11,851 bases of DNA from Candidatus Krumholzibacteriia bacterium (GCA_036478295.1 JAZGDW010000241.1:1-11851), one strand, 5' to 3'. Positions 1-8,531 are shown, counted from the first letter of the stretch. Translations and numbers: made by a program. Notes: generated by a model not told the origin, from the letters alone.

Positions 1-1
1 C

Positions 2-685
2 CGGAGGAAAAAGACGGCCATAGGACAGGGGAAAGTCGGGAATGGCGAGTCCCGCCCCGGTGTGCCGCATGATCGCTCCGAGCAATATCTGCAGGTAGAT
101 CACGCCGGTGGTGACAAGCGAGAGTCGCCGCAGCATGGATGCGTCCGACCTACCAAGTGGAGCTTCCTGCCAGCTCCGTGACGTGACGAGTGCGATGCTC
201 ACAATCGAACCAAAAAAGGCCATGGCCAGGCCGGCGTGACTCACCGACACCAGGGTCGGAAGACGGAGGAGAACGGTGAGCCCGCCCAGCAACGCCTGTA
301 CGATCAGCGCAAGAAACGCTACGAGTCCCAGCCTTCTTACCCAGTTTCTTTTCTCTTTTCGAAACAGCCAGACGGTCAGAACCGTGGTCAGGAGGAGAAC
401 CACACCGGCGATCATGCGGTGGCCGTGCTCGTAGAGAATTCCACCCACCATGGGAGGGAAAAGGGTGCCGTAGGAAAGGGGCCAATCCGGCACGGCGAGG
501 CCGGATCCGGTGCTGGTGACCGACGCGCCGGCGGTCAGCAAGAGCAGCGTCGATCCAGCTACCAGTGCCGCGAATCGATGAAGTCGGAGGTTGTGCGGAA
601 GAGCCGCAACGAGTCCGCGGGACGGGGCGGGTTGACGCCTCTCCGGGATTTCGGAAGTCAGTTTTTCAACGCCTTGGCATTCCAT
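2..685 (-). CDS. ctaA: Heme A synthase (COX15/CtaA family), truncated at its 3' end by the window edge
   Basis: Absent from the ORF track because there is no stop in the window. Manual translation from the ATG at 685 gives ...LHRFAALVAGSTLLLLTAGASVTSTGSGLAVPDWPLSYG...LYEHGHRMIAG...QALLGGLTV...VSVSHAGLA...LQILLGAIMRHTGAGLAIPDFPLSYG. These match the CtaA E-x-x-H-R, QxxLGG and H-x-x-LA motifs. It follows sco in the oxidase operon. The exact start is uncertain. Confidence 0.9.
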   Translation of the reverse strand, partial: MECQGVEKLTSEIPERRQPAPSRGLVAALPHNLRLHRFAALVAGSTLLLLTAGASVTSTGSGLAVPDWPLSYGTLFPPMVGGILYEHGHRMIAGVVLLLTTVLTVWLFRKEKRNWVRRLGLVAFLALIVQALLGGLTVLLRLPTLVSVSHAGLAMAFFGSIVSIALVTSRSWQEAPLGRSDASMLRRLSLVTTGVIYLQILLGAIMRHTGAGLAIPDFPLSYGRLFPP

Positions 686-699
686 GGGCTTGGTTGGAT

Positions 700-1413
700 C
701 TAGCTCTTCTCCCCGTCGCGCCGGACGAGGCGCCGGACATCCTTGCGGAGACGCGCCAGATCTTCTGCGTCAGAACTCTCGTAGTAGCCTCGAATACGTC
801 CCTTGGGGTCCACCAGCGCGAATCGCGGGCTGTGCGTGACCTGCCATCCCGGGCTGGCGCCCGAGTTCTCCTGGACGGTCAGATGAAATCCCTCACGAAT
901 GTAACGGTAGGTCTCCGATTTATCCCCGGTGAGAAAGAGCCAGCGGTCGAGGTCGGCGCCGAGCGTCTTCGCATAATCGGCCAGAATGGCCGGAGTGTCG
1001 TGCTCCGGATCCACGGAAAACGAAACGAGCCGGACTTCCTCCGGCAGGTCGGTCTGAAGCCGGGCCAGCTCCGTCACCGTCATGGGACAAGAAGTCGCGC
1101 AGCGGGTAAAGATAAAGCTGGCGATCCAATAGCTGCCGAAGAGGTCGGATTTCTTAACTGAACGGCCACTGCGCTCGGTAAAGGAGAAATCAGGTACGAC
1201 GCCAAGTATCGGATTCTTGGGTTGCACGCTCGCCCCCACGCCGAATGGCTGGGACAGGTGCGCCATTTTTGACGTCACCCCGTTGATCGTGTTGAGACAC
1301 GCCGCGGCGAGGGTCTCGCGATTCTGAAAGACCCAAATAGACGCGCCCCCAACCGCCAGGAAGGCCACAAGCAAAATACCCTTGTGAAGAGAACCGCGCG
1401 GGCGTGAGATCAT
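700..1413 (-). CDS. sco: SCO1/SenC-family copper chaperone for CuA assembly
   Basis: N-terminal TM helix, FIFTRCATSCP (CxxxC), SFSVDPEHDTP, WLFLTGD, and HSPRFALVDPKGRIRGYY carrying the His ligand. The ATG lies 1 nt after the subunit IV stop. Confidence 0.93.
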   Translation of the reverse strand: MISRPRGSLHKGILLVAFLAVGGASIWVFQNRETLAAACLNTINGVTSKMAHLSQPFGVGASVQPKNPILGVVPDFSFTERSGRSVKKSDLFGSYWIASFIFTRCATSCPMTVTELARLQTDLPEEVRLVSFSVDPEHDTPAILADYAKTLGADLDRWLFLTGDKSETYRYIREGFHLTVQENSGASPGWQVTHSPRFALVDPKGRIRGYYESSDAEDLARLRKDVRRLVRRDGEKS

Positions 1414-1414
1414 G

Positions 1415-1705
1415 TTACCTCACGACTCCAACTTCCGGAGAAATAGCGAGGATAAAGAGCACGGCGAGTACGACGGGCGTAACCGCAAAAATGATAATGG
1501 GTCGAGGTTCGAACCGAAGATGCATGAAGAGAAGCGCGACCAGGAGCGCCTTGGCCGACGCAATCGCAAAAGCGAGAAAGGTCCTCATCCCTTCCCCAAG
1601 GCCGGTGTATGACAGCGCCACCGTCAACCCGGTCAGGACCATGAGCCCGAGAAAAACCATTACGTAGTCCTTGGACGAGAGGCGATGCTTTGCGTGCTCT
1701 GTCAT
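1415..1705 (-). CDS. ctaF: Cytochrome c oxidase subunit IV (prokaryotic COX4_pro type)
   Basis: 96 aa with three hydrophobic segments and the AIASAKALLVALLFMHL motif. AAGGAG RBS. Follows subunit III. Confidence 0.9.
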   Translation of the reverse strand: MTEHAKHRLSSKDYVMVFLGLMVLTGLTVALSYTGLGEGMRTFLAFAIASAKALLVALLFMHLRFEPRPIIIFAVTPVVLAVLFILAISPEVGVVR

Positions 1706-1721
1706 TCTTTCTCCTTGGGGC

Positions 1722-2306
1722 TCAGGTCAGATACAAGAGCGGGAAGAGGAAAATCCACACGACATCCACGAAATGCCAGTACAAGCCCACGTTCTCGACG
1801 ACGAGCGCGTCCATCTTCTGTGAGTTCGCTTTTGCCAGGACCACAGACAGCACAATCACCCCGACCAGGACGTGAAACGCATGGATACCCGTCATGATGA
1901 AGTAGAATGAAAAGAAAAGATTCGTGTGGGCGGTGTAGTGATGCGAAAACTTCTGACCGTACTCCACGGCCTTTACTCCCATAAAGGCCAGTGCCAGGAT
2001 GATGGTGAGGAGAAGAAAGAGTCTCAGCCGCTCCCGGTTGCCCCGTTGAATGGCGCCCACGGCGAGGGCCATGGTGAGGCTGCTCGTAATCAGGATAAAG
2101 GTGTTGAGGGCGCCCAGCGGGCGGTTGAGCAGGCCCGCGGCCTCGGTCATCATCACGAGGTTGGCCGCGCGCAGGTTCACAAAACTGCCTATGAGTCCCG
2201 CAAAGAGCATGACCTCCGAGGCAAGAAATATCCACATTCCCAGCTTGCGGTTGTCGATTCCGGTCACGCCGATGGGCAACAATCGATGGGCCCCGGTCGA
2301 GCTCAT
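1722..2306 (-). CDS. ctaE: Cytochrome c oxidase subunit III (short, about 5-TM form)
   Basis: [23 protein letters not shown] and [19 protein letters not shown] motifs. ATGA overlap with the subunit I stop. Confidence 0.95.
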   Translation of the reverse strand: MSSTGAHRLLPIGVTGIDNRKLGMWIFLASEVMLFAGLIGSFVNLRAANLVMMTEAAGLLNRPLGALNTFILITSSLTMALAVGAIQRGNRERLRLFLLLTIILALAFMGVKAVEYGQKFSHHYTAHTNLFFSFYFIMTGIHAFHVLVGVIVLSVVLAKANSQKMDALVVENVGLYWHFVDVVWIFLFPLLYLT

Positions 2307-4129
2307 GCCGGCTCACCCTCCTCTACAGGACCGCTCGCCTCGACCGTGATCGGTTCTGCTTGTTCGATCCAGTCGCGTTCGCCGCCGCCGTTACTCGAGT
2401 ATTCATACGGCCAGCGATGGACCGTGGGGATTTCTTCAAAGTTGTGGGAGGGAGCCGGTGAAGCAATGGACCACTCGAGCGTATTGGCCCGCCACGGGTT
2501 CGCCTCGGCTCGCTTGCCCCTGAAGATCGACCAAACGAAGTTCCAGAGAAAGATCAGCTGCGCCGCGCCCAGCACAAAAGCCGAAAGCGTAATGAAGACA
2601 TTCCAATCCTGCATGGGACGGAGGTAGTCGTACACCGTGGGATCCGCTATACGGCGCAGGTGTCCCTGGCTTCCGAGCATGTGCATGGGGAAAAAGACCG
2701 CATTGAAAGAAAGAAACGTCAGTGCGAAATGGATCTTGCCCGCGGATTCCGACATGAGACGCCCGAACATTTTCGGAAACCAGAAATGAATCGCACCAAA
2801 GATGGCAAAGATCGAACCCCCGAAGACGATGTAGTGAAAATGGGCGATAATAAAATAGGTGTCGTGGATATGGATGTCCACAGGAAGGGCCGCCATGAAG
2901 ATCCCGGTCAGTCCGCCGATGATAAAGAGGGAAACGAACGCCAGGGCGAACAGCATGGGTGTTTCAAATCGGAGAGACCCTCTCCACAGTGTTGCCAGCC
3001 AGTTGAAGACTTTGACCCCGGACGGCAGGGCAATCATCATGGTGGCCGTCATGAAGGCCATCGCCATCAGCGGGTTCAAGCCTGCCTGAAACATGTGATG
3101 AGCCCAGACGATAAAGCCCAGACCCATGATGGAGACCATGGCAACCACCATTGCCTTGTACCCGAAGATCGGCTTGCGTGAAAAAACGGGCAGGATCTCC
3201 GAAACGATACCCATGGCGGGCAGAATCAGCACATATACCTCCGGATGGCCGAGGAACCAGAAAATGTGCTGCCACAAAATGGCGCTGCCGCCGCCCGCCG
3301 CTTCAACGGCCATGTCCGCGATCTCCAGCCCGTGGGCCAGAAAGAAACTCGTGCCGATTAACCGGTCCGCTTCCATCATGATGAGGCCTGCGGCCGCCAC
3401 CGGAAAGGAGAGCAACAACAGAACCGCCACCACGAACTGGGCCCAGGTGAGGAGCGGCAAGCGAAACCAGCTCATGCCCGGCGCCCGCATGTTGATAATG
3501 GTGGCGAGAAAGTTCAAGGAACCAAGCGTGAGTGCCACCCACATGAGCCCGAGTGCCAGGATCCACAGATCCATGCCCAGACCCGACCCGGGGACCGCTT
3601 CTTTTAGCACGCTGAGCGGTGGATAGACCGTCCATCCTCCGGCGGCACCGCCTCCGGTCACAAAGAGGCTGGTCAACACGACGGCCCCCGACAGGAAGAA
3701 GACCCAGTAGGAGATCATGTTCAGCACCGGGAACGCCATGTCCCGTGCCCCGACCTGGAGGGGGATGAGAAAGTTTCCGAATCCGCCCACCAACAGGGGA
3801 GCGACGACGAAGAACACCATGATGGTCCCGTGCAGCGTGACCAGCATAATGTAAAATTCCGGGGGCATGGAGCCGCCGCTGTCCGGAAAGAGCAGCTTGC
3901 CGATGAGGGGAATCTCTGCCCAAGGGTACGCCAGCTGCCAGCGCATGAGCATGGCCAGGAATCCGCCGACGAACAGAAAGAATATCGACGTCATCATGTA
4001 CTGTTTGCCGATCATCTTGTGATTCGTGGAGAAGACCCACCGGCGCCAGAAGCTGGTCGGCTCGGGATGCGGAGGTTCGTCGTGGATGGGAGCCCGCACT
4101 ACCTGATTCGCCTGGGGATCGTTCGTCAT
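2303..4129 (-). CDS. ctaD: Cytochrome c oxidase subunit I, A1-type heme-copper oxidase
   Basis: TLHGTIM (low-spin heme His), WFLGHPEVY (CuB His, Glu, cross-linked Tyr; A1 signature), VWAHHMF, AHFHY, D-channel DMAFPVLN and K-channel PSGVKVFNW. Start placed at the ATG at 4129 (MTNDP), which has a GGGAGG RBS and an ATGA overlap with subunit II, rather than at 4144. Confidence 0.97.
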   Translation of the reverse strand: MTNDPQANQVVRAPIHDEPPHPEPTSFWRRWVFSTNHKMIGKQYMMTSIFFLFVGGFLAMLMRWQLAYPWAEIPLIGKLLFPDSGGSMPPEFYIMLVTLHGTIMVFFVVAPLLVGGFGNFLIPLQVGARDMAFPVLNMISYWVFFLSGAVVLTSLFVTGGGAAGGWTVYPPLSVLKEAVPGSGLGMDLWILALGLMWVALTLGSLNFLATIINMRAPGMSWFRLPLLTWAQFVVAVLLLLSFPVAAAGLIMMEADRLIGTSFFLAHGLEIADMAVEAAGGGSAILWQHIFWFLGHPEVYVLILPAMGIVSEILPVFSRKPIFGYKAMVVAMVSIMGLGFIVWAHHMFQAGLNPLMAMAFMTATMMIALPSGVKVFNWLATLWRGSLRFETPMLFALAFVSLFIIGGLTGIFMAALPVDIHIHDTYFIIAHFHYIVFGGSIFAIFGAIHFWFPKMFGRLMSESAGKIHFALTFLSFNAVFFPMHMLGSQGHLRRIADPTVYDYLRPMQDWNVFITLSAFVLGAAQLIFLWNFVWSIFRGKRAEANPWRANTLEWSIASPAPSHNFEEIPTVHRWPYEYSSNGGGERDWIEQAEPITVEASGPVEEGEPA

Positions 4130-4944
4130 ACGCCGTCCTCCCAACCCCAGCCCCAGTCCGCAGGCGGGGTTTTTGCTTTGTATTTATTCTCGAGCCAGGT
4201 TTCGAACTCTTCCGGCGTGTAAACAAAAAGTTGGCCCCGCATACGATAATGGCCGAGACCACAAAGTTCCGCGCATGCGATCTCGTAGGTGCCGGACTTG
4301 TTGGCGTCGAACCATAACAGGATCGTATTTCTCGGACCCGGCAGGACATCCTGTTTCACCCGGAGATTAGGCAGGAAGAAGCTGTGAATCACGTCCAGAG
4401 CCCGGAGCTGGACGAGGACCGGTTTCCCCCGTGGAATATAAAGCTGATTCTTCATGGTCAGGTCGTCCTGCGTGTCAAATACGCCGTCCGGTCCCGGATA
4501 CCTTATGTTCCATTCGAACTGCTGGGCGAGGATTTCCACCCGAATCGCTTCGTCGCTGTCAGGGGCGCGAATCTTTGCGTCGGCCCAGGCGTTCCACTGG
4601 TAAACGGCGAGAACCAGGAGGATAATACCCGGGACGACCGTCCACACGGTCTCCACGGTGGCGTTATCGTGGACGTAGGCGGCCCGACGTCCCGGACGCT
4701 GCCGGTAACGAAAGATGAAAAAGACGAGAACTCCCTGGGTAAGGACAAACATGATCGTGGTGATGACAAAGATCACCCGGTAGAGATGATCGATGTCCTC
4801 ACCGATCGTGGAGACGTTTTCCGGCAGCCACGGTCCCCCGGCGAGCGCCGTTCCGAAAGAACAAAACAGCGCCACGCCAAAAGTAACGACAGACATCAAC
4901 CCAAGTATCCAAAGCGATCGGACACCGGGAGGTCCTTCCCTCAT
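4126..4944 (-). CDS. ctaC: Cytochrome c oxidase subunit II (CuA) with no fused cytochrome c
   Basis: Two TM helices, ETVWTVVP, AQQFEWNIRYPG, DVIHSF and the CuA motif CAELCGLGHYRM. No CxxCH. The start is uncertain: the ATG at 4944 is preferred, and the GTG at 5016 is the longest option. Confidence 0.93.
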   Translation of the reverse strand: MREGPPGVRSLWILGLMSVVTFGVALFCSFGTALAGGPWLPENVSTIGEDIDHLYRVIFVITTIMFVLTQGVLVFFIFRYRQRPGRRAAYVHDNATVETVWTVVPGIILLVLAVYQWNAWADAKIRAPDSDEAIRVEILAQQFEWNIRYPGPDGVFDTQDDLTMKNQLYIPRGKPVLVQLRALDVIHSFFLPNLRVKQDVLPGPRNTILLWFDANKSGTYEIACAELCGLGHYRMRGQLFVYTPEEFETWLENKYKAKTPPADWGWGWEDGV

Positions 4945-5062
4945 AATCCTGGCCCCATGTTCATCGGCAAGCCACCGTCTCCCCGAGAAAGTGCGTTCCG
5001 AACCAAAACGAATCACTCGACAGGCGTCATTGGAGCTGAAGAATACCGAACGTCCGTATCGC

Positions 5063-5872
5063 TCACGATGCGGGCTTGAAGGTAAAGGTGATTTCTTTTG
5101 TTTCTTTTTCGGTGACCGTGACCGTCTGGGTTTGCGTTCCGTATTCCTCGTGCCAGGTCTCTATCACGTATTCACCCGGGGGCAGCGGTGACAGCTCAAA
5201 GGTGCCGTCCTCTCCGGTGACACTGTAATACGGATGACTCACGACCCCGACATAGGCGCCCATCCAGCCATGGACGTCACACTTGATCCTTACCATTGTT
5301 TCGGGTCGCTTGAACTTCTTTGTGGTTTCCATGACCTTGGGCATACCAAAGTTGAACCCGTTACCCCTCTTGGATATGGTGTGGATGTTGTGCAGGACCC
5401 CACCATCGCTGTTCTTGATCTTCAGCGGTTGTTTCGCCTGGATCCCGAATATGTGGGGCTTGTACGAGCAACCGACCTGGTCGAGGACGACCGGCTCGCT
5501 CGGCGGCGGAAATGTCATATCACCGAGCCCGTCTTTTACATAAACAAAAACGTTGCGGAGCGTTCCGTTGTCGTTGACCAGTACGTTCTCTGTATAAAGG
5601 GGGCTTGCCTCGTCGTGGCAGGTTCCTTCGGACGAACGATCCACTAGCTGCATCTTTGGGGGAGTCCCGCTGAAGAGCACGCGGCCGGTTACGGTTGCGG
5701 CCGTCGCTACGTCGACGACAGGCGCCGCGGTCTCTGATTTCTTTGTGGTGGTGGCGACTTCGCCCTCCTCTTTCTCGCCACAGCCGACGGCGAGCGTCAG
5801 ACAAAATATCCCGGCAACAAAAACGGTAAACTTTCCTCTCTCAAACCCTTTACGACTACACGTCCGCTTCAT
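5063..5872 (-). CDS. Lipoprotein with carboxypeptidase-regulatory-like beta-sandwich flanks and a central cupredoxin-like domain
   Basis: Lipobox LAVG|C31 and strong GAGGAGGT RBS. DQVGCSYKPH, HNIH and CDVHGWM give a type-1 copper-like ligand set. The C-terminal VTGEDGTFELSPLPPGEYVIETWHE is typical of carboxypeptidase-regulatory-like domains. First gene of the oxidase operon. Confidence 0.8.
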   Translation of the reverse strand: MKRTCSRKGFERGKFTVFVAGIFCLTLAVGCGEKEEGEVATTTKKSETAAPVVDVATAATVTGRVLFSGTPPKMQLVDRSSEGTCHDEASPLYTENVLVNDNGTLRNVFVYVKDGLGDMTFPPPSEPVVLDQVGCSYKPHIFGIQAKQPLKIKNSDGGVLHNIHTISKRGNGFNFGMPKVMETTKKFKRPETMVRIKCDVHGWMGAYVGVVSHPYYSVTGEDGTFELSPLPPGEYVIETWHEEYGTQTQTVTVTEKETKEITFTFKPAS

Positions 5873-5983
5873 CCTTACCTACCTCCTCATTAAAGACGGC
5901 TCTTCAAAAACGATTCTTTTTTTCAAAGAAATAAAATCTGACCAGCGTCGCGGAAATCAAGTCGTCAGATTGAACCCCGAAAC

Positions 5984-5997
5984 TTGACAAGAATCAA
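5984..5997. promoter_or_regulatory. FNR/CRP-family-like box
   Basis: TTGAC-AAGA-ATCAA, one mismatch from TTGAT-N4-ATCAA. It lies in an AT-rich stretch about 110 bp upstream of the oxidase operon start. Confidence 0.5.
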
Positions 5998-6043
5998 TAA
6001 AAATCAATTCGGAAACTGACGTCCGTAATGATCTTTGGTCACT

Positions 6044-6061
6044 TTGTGACATTGTTCACAA
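6044..6061. promoter_or_regulatory. Rex-like (alternatively CRP-like) operator 1
   Basis: TTGTGAC-ATTG-TTCACAA, one mismatch from the Rex consensus TTGTGAA-N4-TTCACAA. It is also a perfect TGTGA-N6-TCACA CRP core. Confidence 0.6.
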
Positions 6062-6116
6062 GAAATGCGCGCAAAGATTATCGACGGCCGACGGGCCGAC
6101 AAACGGCTACGTGTGT

Positions 6117-6134
6117 TTGTTATTTTTTTCACGA
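6117..6134. promoter_or_regulatory. Rex-like operator 2 (degenerate)
   Basis: TTGTTAT-TTTT-TTCACGA, three mismatches from the Rex consensus, with an AT-rich centre. It lies 73 bp from operator 1. Confidence 0.4.
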
Positions 6135-6307
6135 AGTCCTGGATGACACCCGCGCGGGTGTTGGCAGCAAACCTCCCCGGACCGCAAACGCGCGCTAATG
6201 AAAAGGGCCGGTGACAGTTGCGGTGTCGATGTGGAGAAGCGTGGCGTTTGAGTGGGTTGCTTGTGCAGGTCACCGATCCGGTCTTGTCACTCCGTCGAAC
6301 CGCTCTC

Positions 6308-6338
6308 TTGACACCGCGTCTAGTTTCTGTTGTATTCT
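6308..6338 (+). promoter_or_regulatory. Putative sigma70-type promoter for the rightward operon
   Basis: Perfect -35 TTGACA (6308-6313) and a -10-like TATTCT (6333-6338). The 19-nt spacer is suboptimal. Confidence 0.35.
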
Positions 6339-6441
6339 TGCTCTTACCCAAGCGGCCCCGCCGTACGAAGACGACCATGGCGACCTGAGGCCGCAACACG
6401 ATCCGCTGTTGACGCGAACGGTTTCATCAGAGAGGAAGTGC

Positions 6442-7689
6442 ATGGTTAGCGCACAAACCTGCTACAAACCCTCGCTGATCTCCTGGAACTTGACGAAGAA
6501 GTGTAACCTCCGCTGCCCGCATTGCTACATGGAAGCGGGCCACAAGGCGGGAGCAGAGCTCACGACGAAAGAGTGCGTGGCCCTGCTCGACGAAATGAAA
6601 GCCCTGGGTACGGAGATGGTGATCCTGACCGGGGGCGAACCGCTCTTGCGGAGGGACGTCTACGACATCGCGCGCTATGCGTCCGGCCTTGGGATGTGGG
6701 TGGTAATGGGTACGAACGGCGTGTTGATTTCGGACCGCGTCGCCCGGAAGCTGGTCGAGTGCGGGATCAAGGGCGTGGGGATCAGTATCGATTCCATCGA
6801 CCCGGAAAAACACGACGGATTTCGTGGCGGGCCGAACGCCTGGAAGTATTCCGTGCGCGCGCTGGAAATCTGCCGGGCGCATGGCCTGGAGGTTCTCGTC
6901 CAGTCCACGGTCATGTCCATGAACTATGACGAGATCCCCGCCTTGATCGATTTCGCCCGTGAGAAAGGTGCGTGGTCGTTCAACCTGTACTTTCTGGTCC
7001 AGACGGGCCGCGGCCAGAAGATGAACGACCTGACCCCGGAGCAGACCGAGGCGATGCTCTCCGACCTGGTCGATGCGCAGGAGCAATACCGCCCGATGCT
7101 GGTGCGCGCCAAGTGCGCGCCGCAGTTCAAACAGATCGCCTACCAGGAGGGCCGAAGTGGCCTGGAGAGCGGCGGATGCATGGCCGGCACGGAGTACGGC
7201 AGGATTACACCCGAGGGGGACGTCACGCCGTGTCCGTACATGACAGTCGTGGCAGGTAACACGCGCGAGCGCAGTTTCACCGAGATCTGGCGGACGTCGC
7301 CGGTTCTGCAGCGGCTCAGGGACTTGAATCAGCTCGGGGGGCGCTGCGGCCGCTGTGAGTTCAACGCCCTGTGTGGCGGCTGCCGCTGCCGCGCCTATGC
7401 GGCCACCGGCGATTACATGCAAGAGGATCCGGCCTGCAGGTATGAGCCGACCGGACAAGCCCTGGAGTTTCCGGCGCTGGCCTGGGACGAAGAGGCCCGC
7501 GCGCGACTGGAGCGAATTCCCATCGCGTTCATCCGGGAAAAGGTGAAGCGCGGCACGGAGACGTATGCCCAGCGCAAGGCGGTCCGCGTGATCACACCCG
7601 AGTTGATGAAAGACGCGCTGTCGGGCGCCGGCAGGCCTGAGGCCTTCAAGCATATGCCCGCCTTTGTGAATCGGAACAGACGTGACTAA
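6442..7689 (+). CDS. Radical SAM/SPASM enzyme, AhbD/NirJ2-like, with a C-terminal PCP_red-like domain
   Basis: SWNLTKKCNLRCPHCY (CxxxCxxC), LTGGEPLLR, TNG, ISIDS..PEKHDGFRG, LVQTGRG and AKCAPQ. SPASM Cys array GCMAG...PCPY...CGRCEFNALCGGCRCRAY...EDPAC. Tail LAWDEEARARLERIP.AFIREKVKRGTETYAQRKAVRVIT. The start is the ATG at 6442 after an AGAGGA RBS, not the ORF-track start at 6211. Confidence 0.85.
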   Translation: MVSAQTCYKPSLISWNLTKKCNLRCPHCYMEAGHKAGAELTTKECVALLDEMKALGTEMVILTGGEPLLRRDVYDIARYASGLGMWVVMGTNGVLISDRVARKLVECGIKGVGISIDSIDPEKHDGFRGGPNAWKYSVRALEICRAHGLEVLVQSTVMSMNYDEIPALIDFAREKGAWSFNLYFLVQTGRGQKMNDLTPEQTEAMLSDLVDAQEQYRPMLVRAKCAPQFKQIAYQEGRSGLESGGCMAGTEYGRITPEGDVTPCPYMTVVAGNTRERSFTEIWRTSPVLQRLRDLNQLGGRCGRCEFNALCGGCRCRAYAATGDYMQEDPACRYEPTGQALEFPALAWDEEARARLERIPIAFIREKVKRGTETYAQRKAVRVITPELMKDALSGAGRPEAFKHMPAFVNRNRRD

Positions 7690-7701
7690 CGGGGAGACAC
7701 C

Positions 7702-8478
7702 ATGACGACGAGAAAGTTGGACGCGAACACGCTGACCCAGCAGGTTCAGGTGTCGGAGGGCATCGCCCAGCTGCACCGCAACGGGAACATACGAGAATTC
7801 GAAATCAAGGAATTGCCGGAGCAGTTCGTGCGCTGGCAGCTGGACTATAAGCACAGCATCTACGACGCGATCGAGCGCGACGAGTACATCGCCTTCAACG
7901 CGGGGCACCTGCCCGTCGTCGCAACCCGTGGTAATGAATCCCTCGTGCCGAACCTGGCGAACAAGGGGGTCGGGTTTACACCCAAGGATGAACACATCGA
8001 TTACTACCTGGATCTGGTCGAGACGGCGGTGGCGCGAATCCAGGAAGTCCCCGAGCACGCCGTAAACGAAACGCGCGATCTTCGTATCAAAACGGCGCGC
8101 GAGTTCTATGCCCACCCGGAGCATATCGACTGGCGGCGGCTGGGTCTGCTGGAGATCTTTGAGGGATCGACGCTGCGAAATCTGAGCGAGAACCCGCTCG
8201 CTTCAGTGCTGTGGACCGGCAACGCGCCGGTCTTCGTCAGTTTTCAAGTGGATTGCGTTGTCGAGATCATCACCCCGGAAGATCCGCGATATCGCTTCGC
8301 CTGGGCCATGCGCCGGCTGTTCGAGTACGAGCCCTTTCACGTCGTTCAAACGATGTACCCTTACTCGTACTGCTTCTGGGTCTACGACTACAAGGACAAG
8401 ACACCCAAGCGCAGGTTCCCGGGCAGACGCAGCGACAACACGGCGAACGACGGGCACGGCAAGATCGACAAATCATAA
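7702..8478 (+). CDS. Pyridoxamine 5'-phosphate oxidase-like split beta-barrel protein; ligand (FMN, F420 or heme) unknown
   Basis: GGGGAG RBS. HLPVVAT...PNLANKG and STLRNLSENPLASVLW...VSFQVDCVVEI resemble the PNPOx-family pattern T-x-x-N-L-x-x-N-P-x-x-S and the following strands. A helical insert lies between them. Confidence 0.6.
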   Translation: MTTRKLDANTLTQQVQVSEGIAQLHRNGNIREFEIKELPEQFVRWQLDYKHSIYDAIERDEYIAFNAGHLPVVATRGNESLVPNLANKGVGFTPKDEHIDYYLDLVETAVARIQEVPEHAVNETRDLRIKTAREFYAHPEHIDWRRLGLLEIFEGSTLRNLSENPLASVLWTGNAPVFVSFQVDCVVEIITPEDPRYRFAWAMRRLFEYEPFHVVQTMYPYSYCFWVYDYKDKTPKRRFPGRRSDNTANDGHGKIDKS

Positions 8479-8531
8479 TTGCCACCCCAGTGAATGTTAT
8501 GAGTTGTCAATGAGCCCTTGGCCTGAGCGAC

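Noticed and set aside
2303..4129. Non-canonical heme-copper enzyme (NO reductase or non-pumping variant)
   Set aside because: All six His ligands, HPEVY, and the D- and K-channel residues are present, so this is an ordinary A1 oxygen reductase.
236..5647. Plus-strand ORFs over the oxidase operon, and alternate-frame minus ORFs 3303-4349 and 1702-2316
   Set aside because: They overlap cox, sco and ctaA genes that have strong motifs. Their Arg/Gly/Pro-rich composition is typical of off-frame translation.
6004..6441. ORF 6004-6399 (minus) and the 77-aa N-terminal extension of the rSAM ORF from 6211
   Set aside because: Both lie across the promoter/operator region and are not protein-like. The rSAM fold begins right after the RBS-preceded ATG at 6442.
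6427..8124. 565-aa minus-strand ORF
   Set aside because: Antisense shadow of the rSAM and split-barrel genes with no motifs. Such ORFs are expected from GC-rich codon bias.
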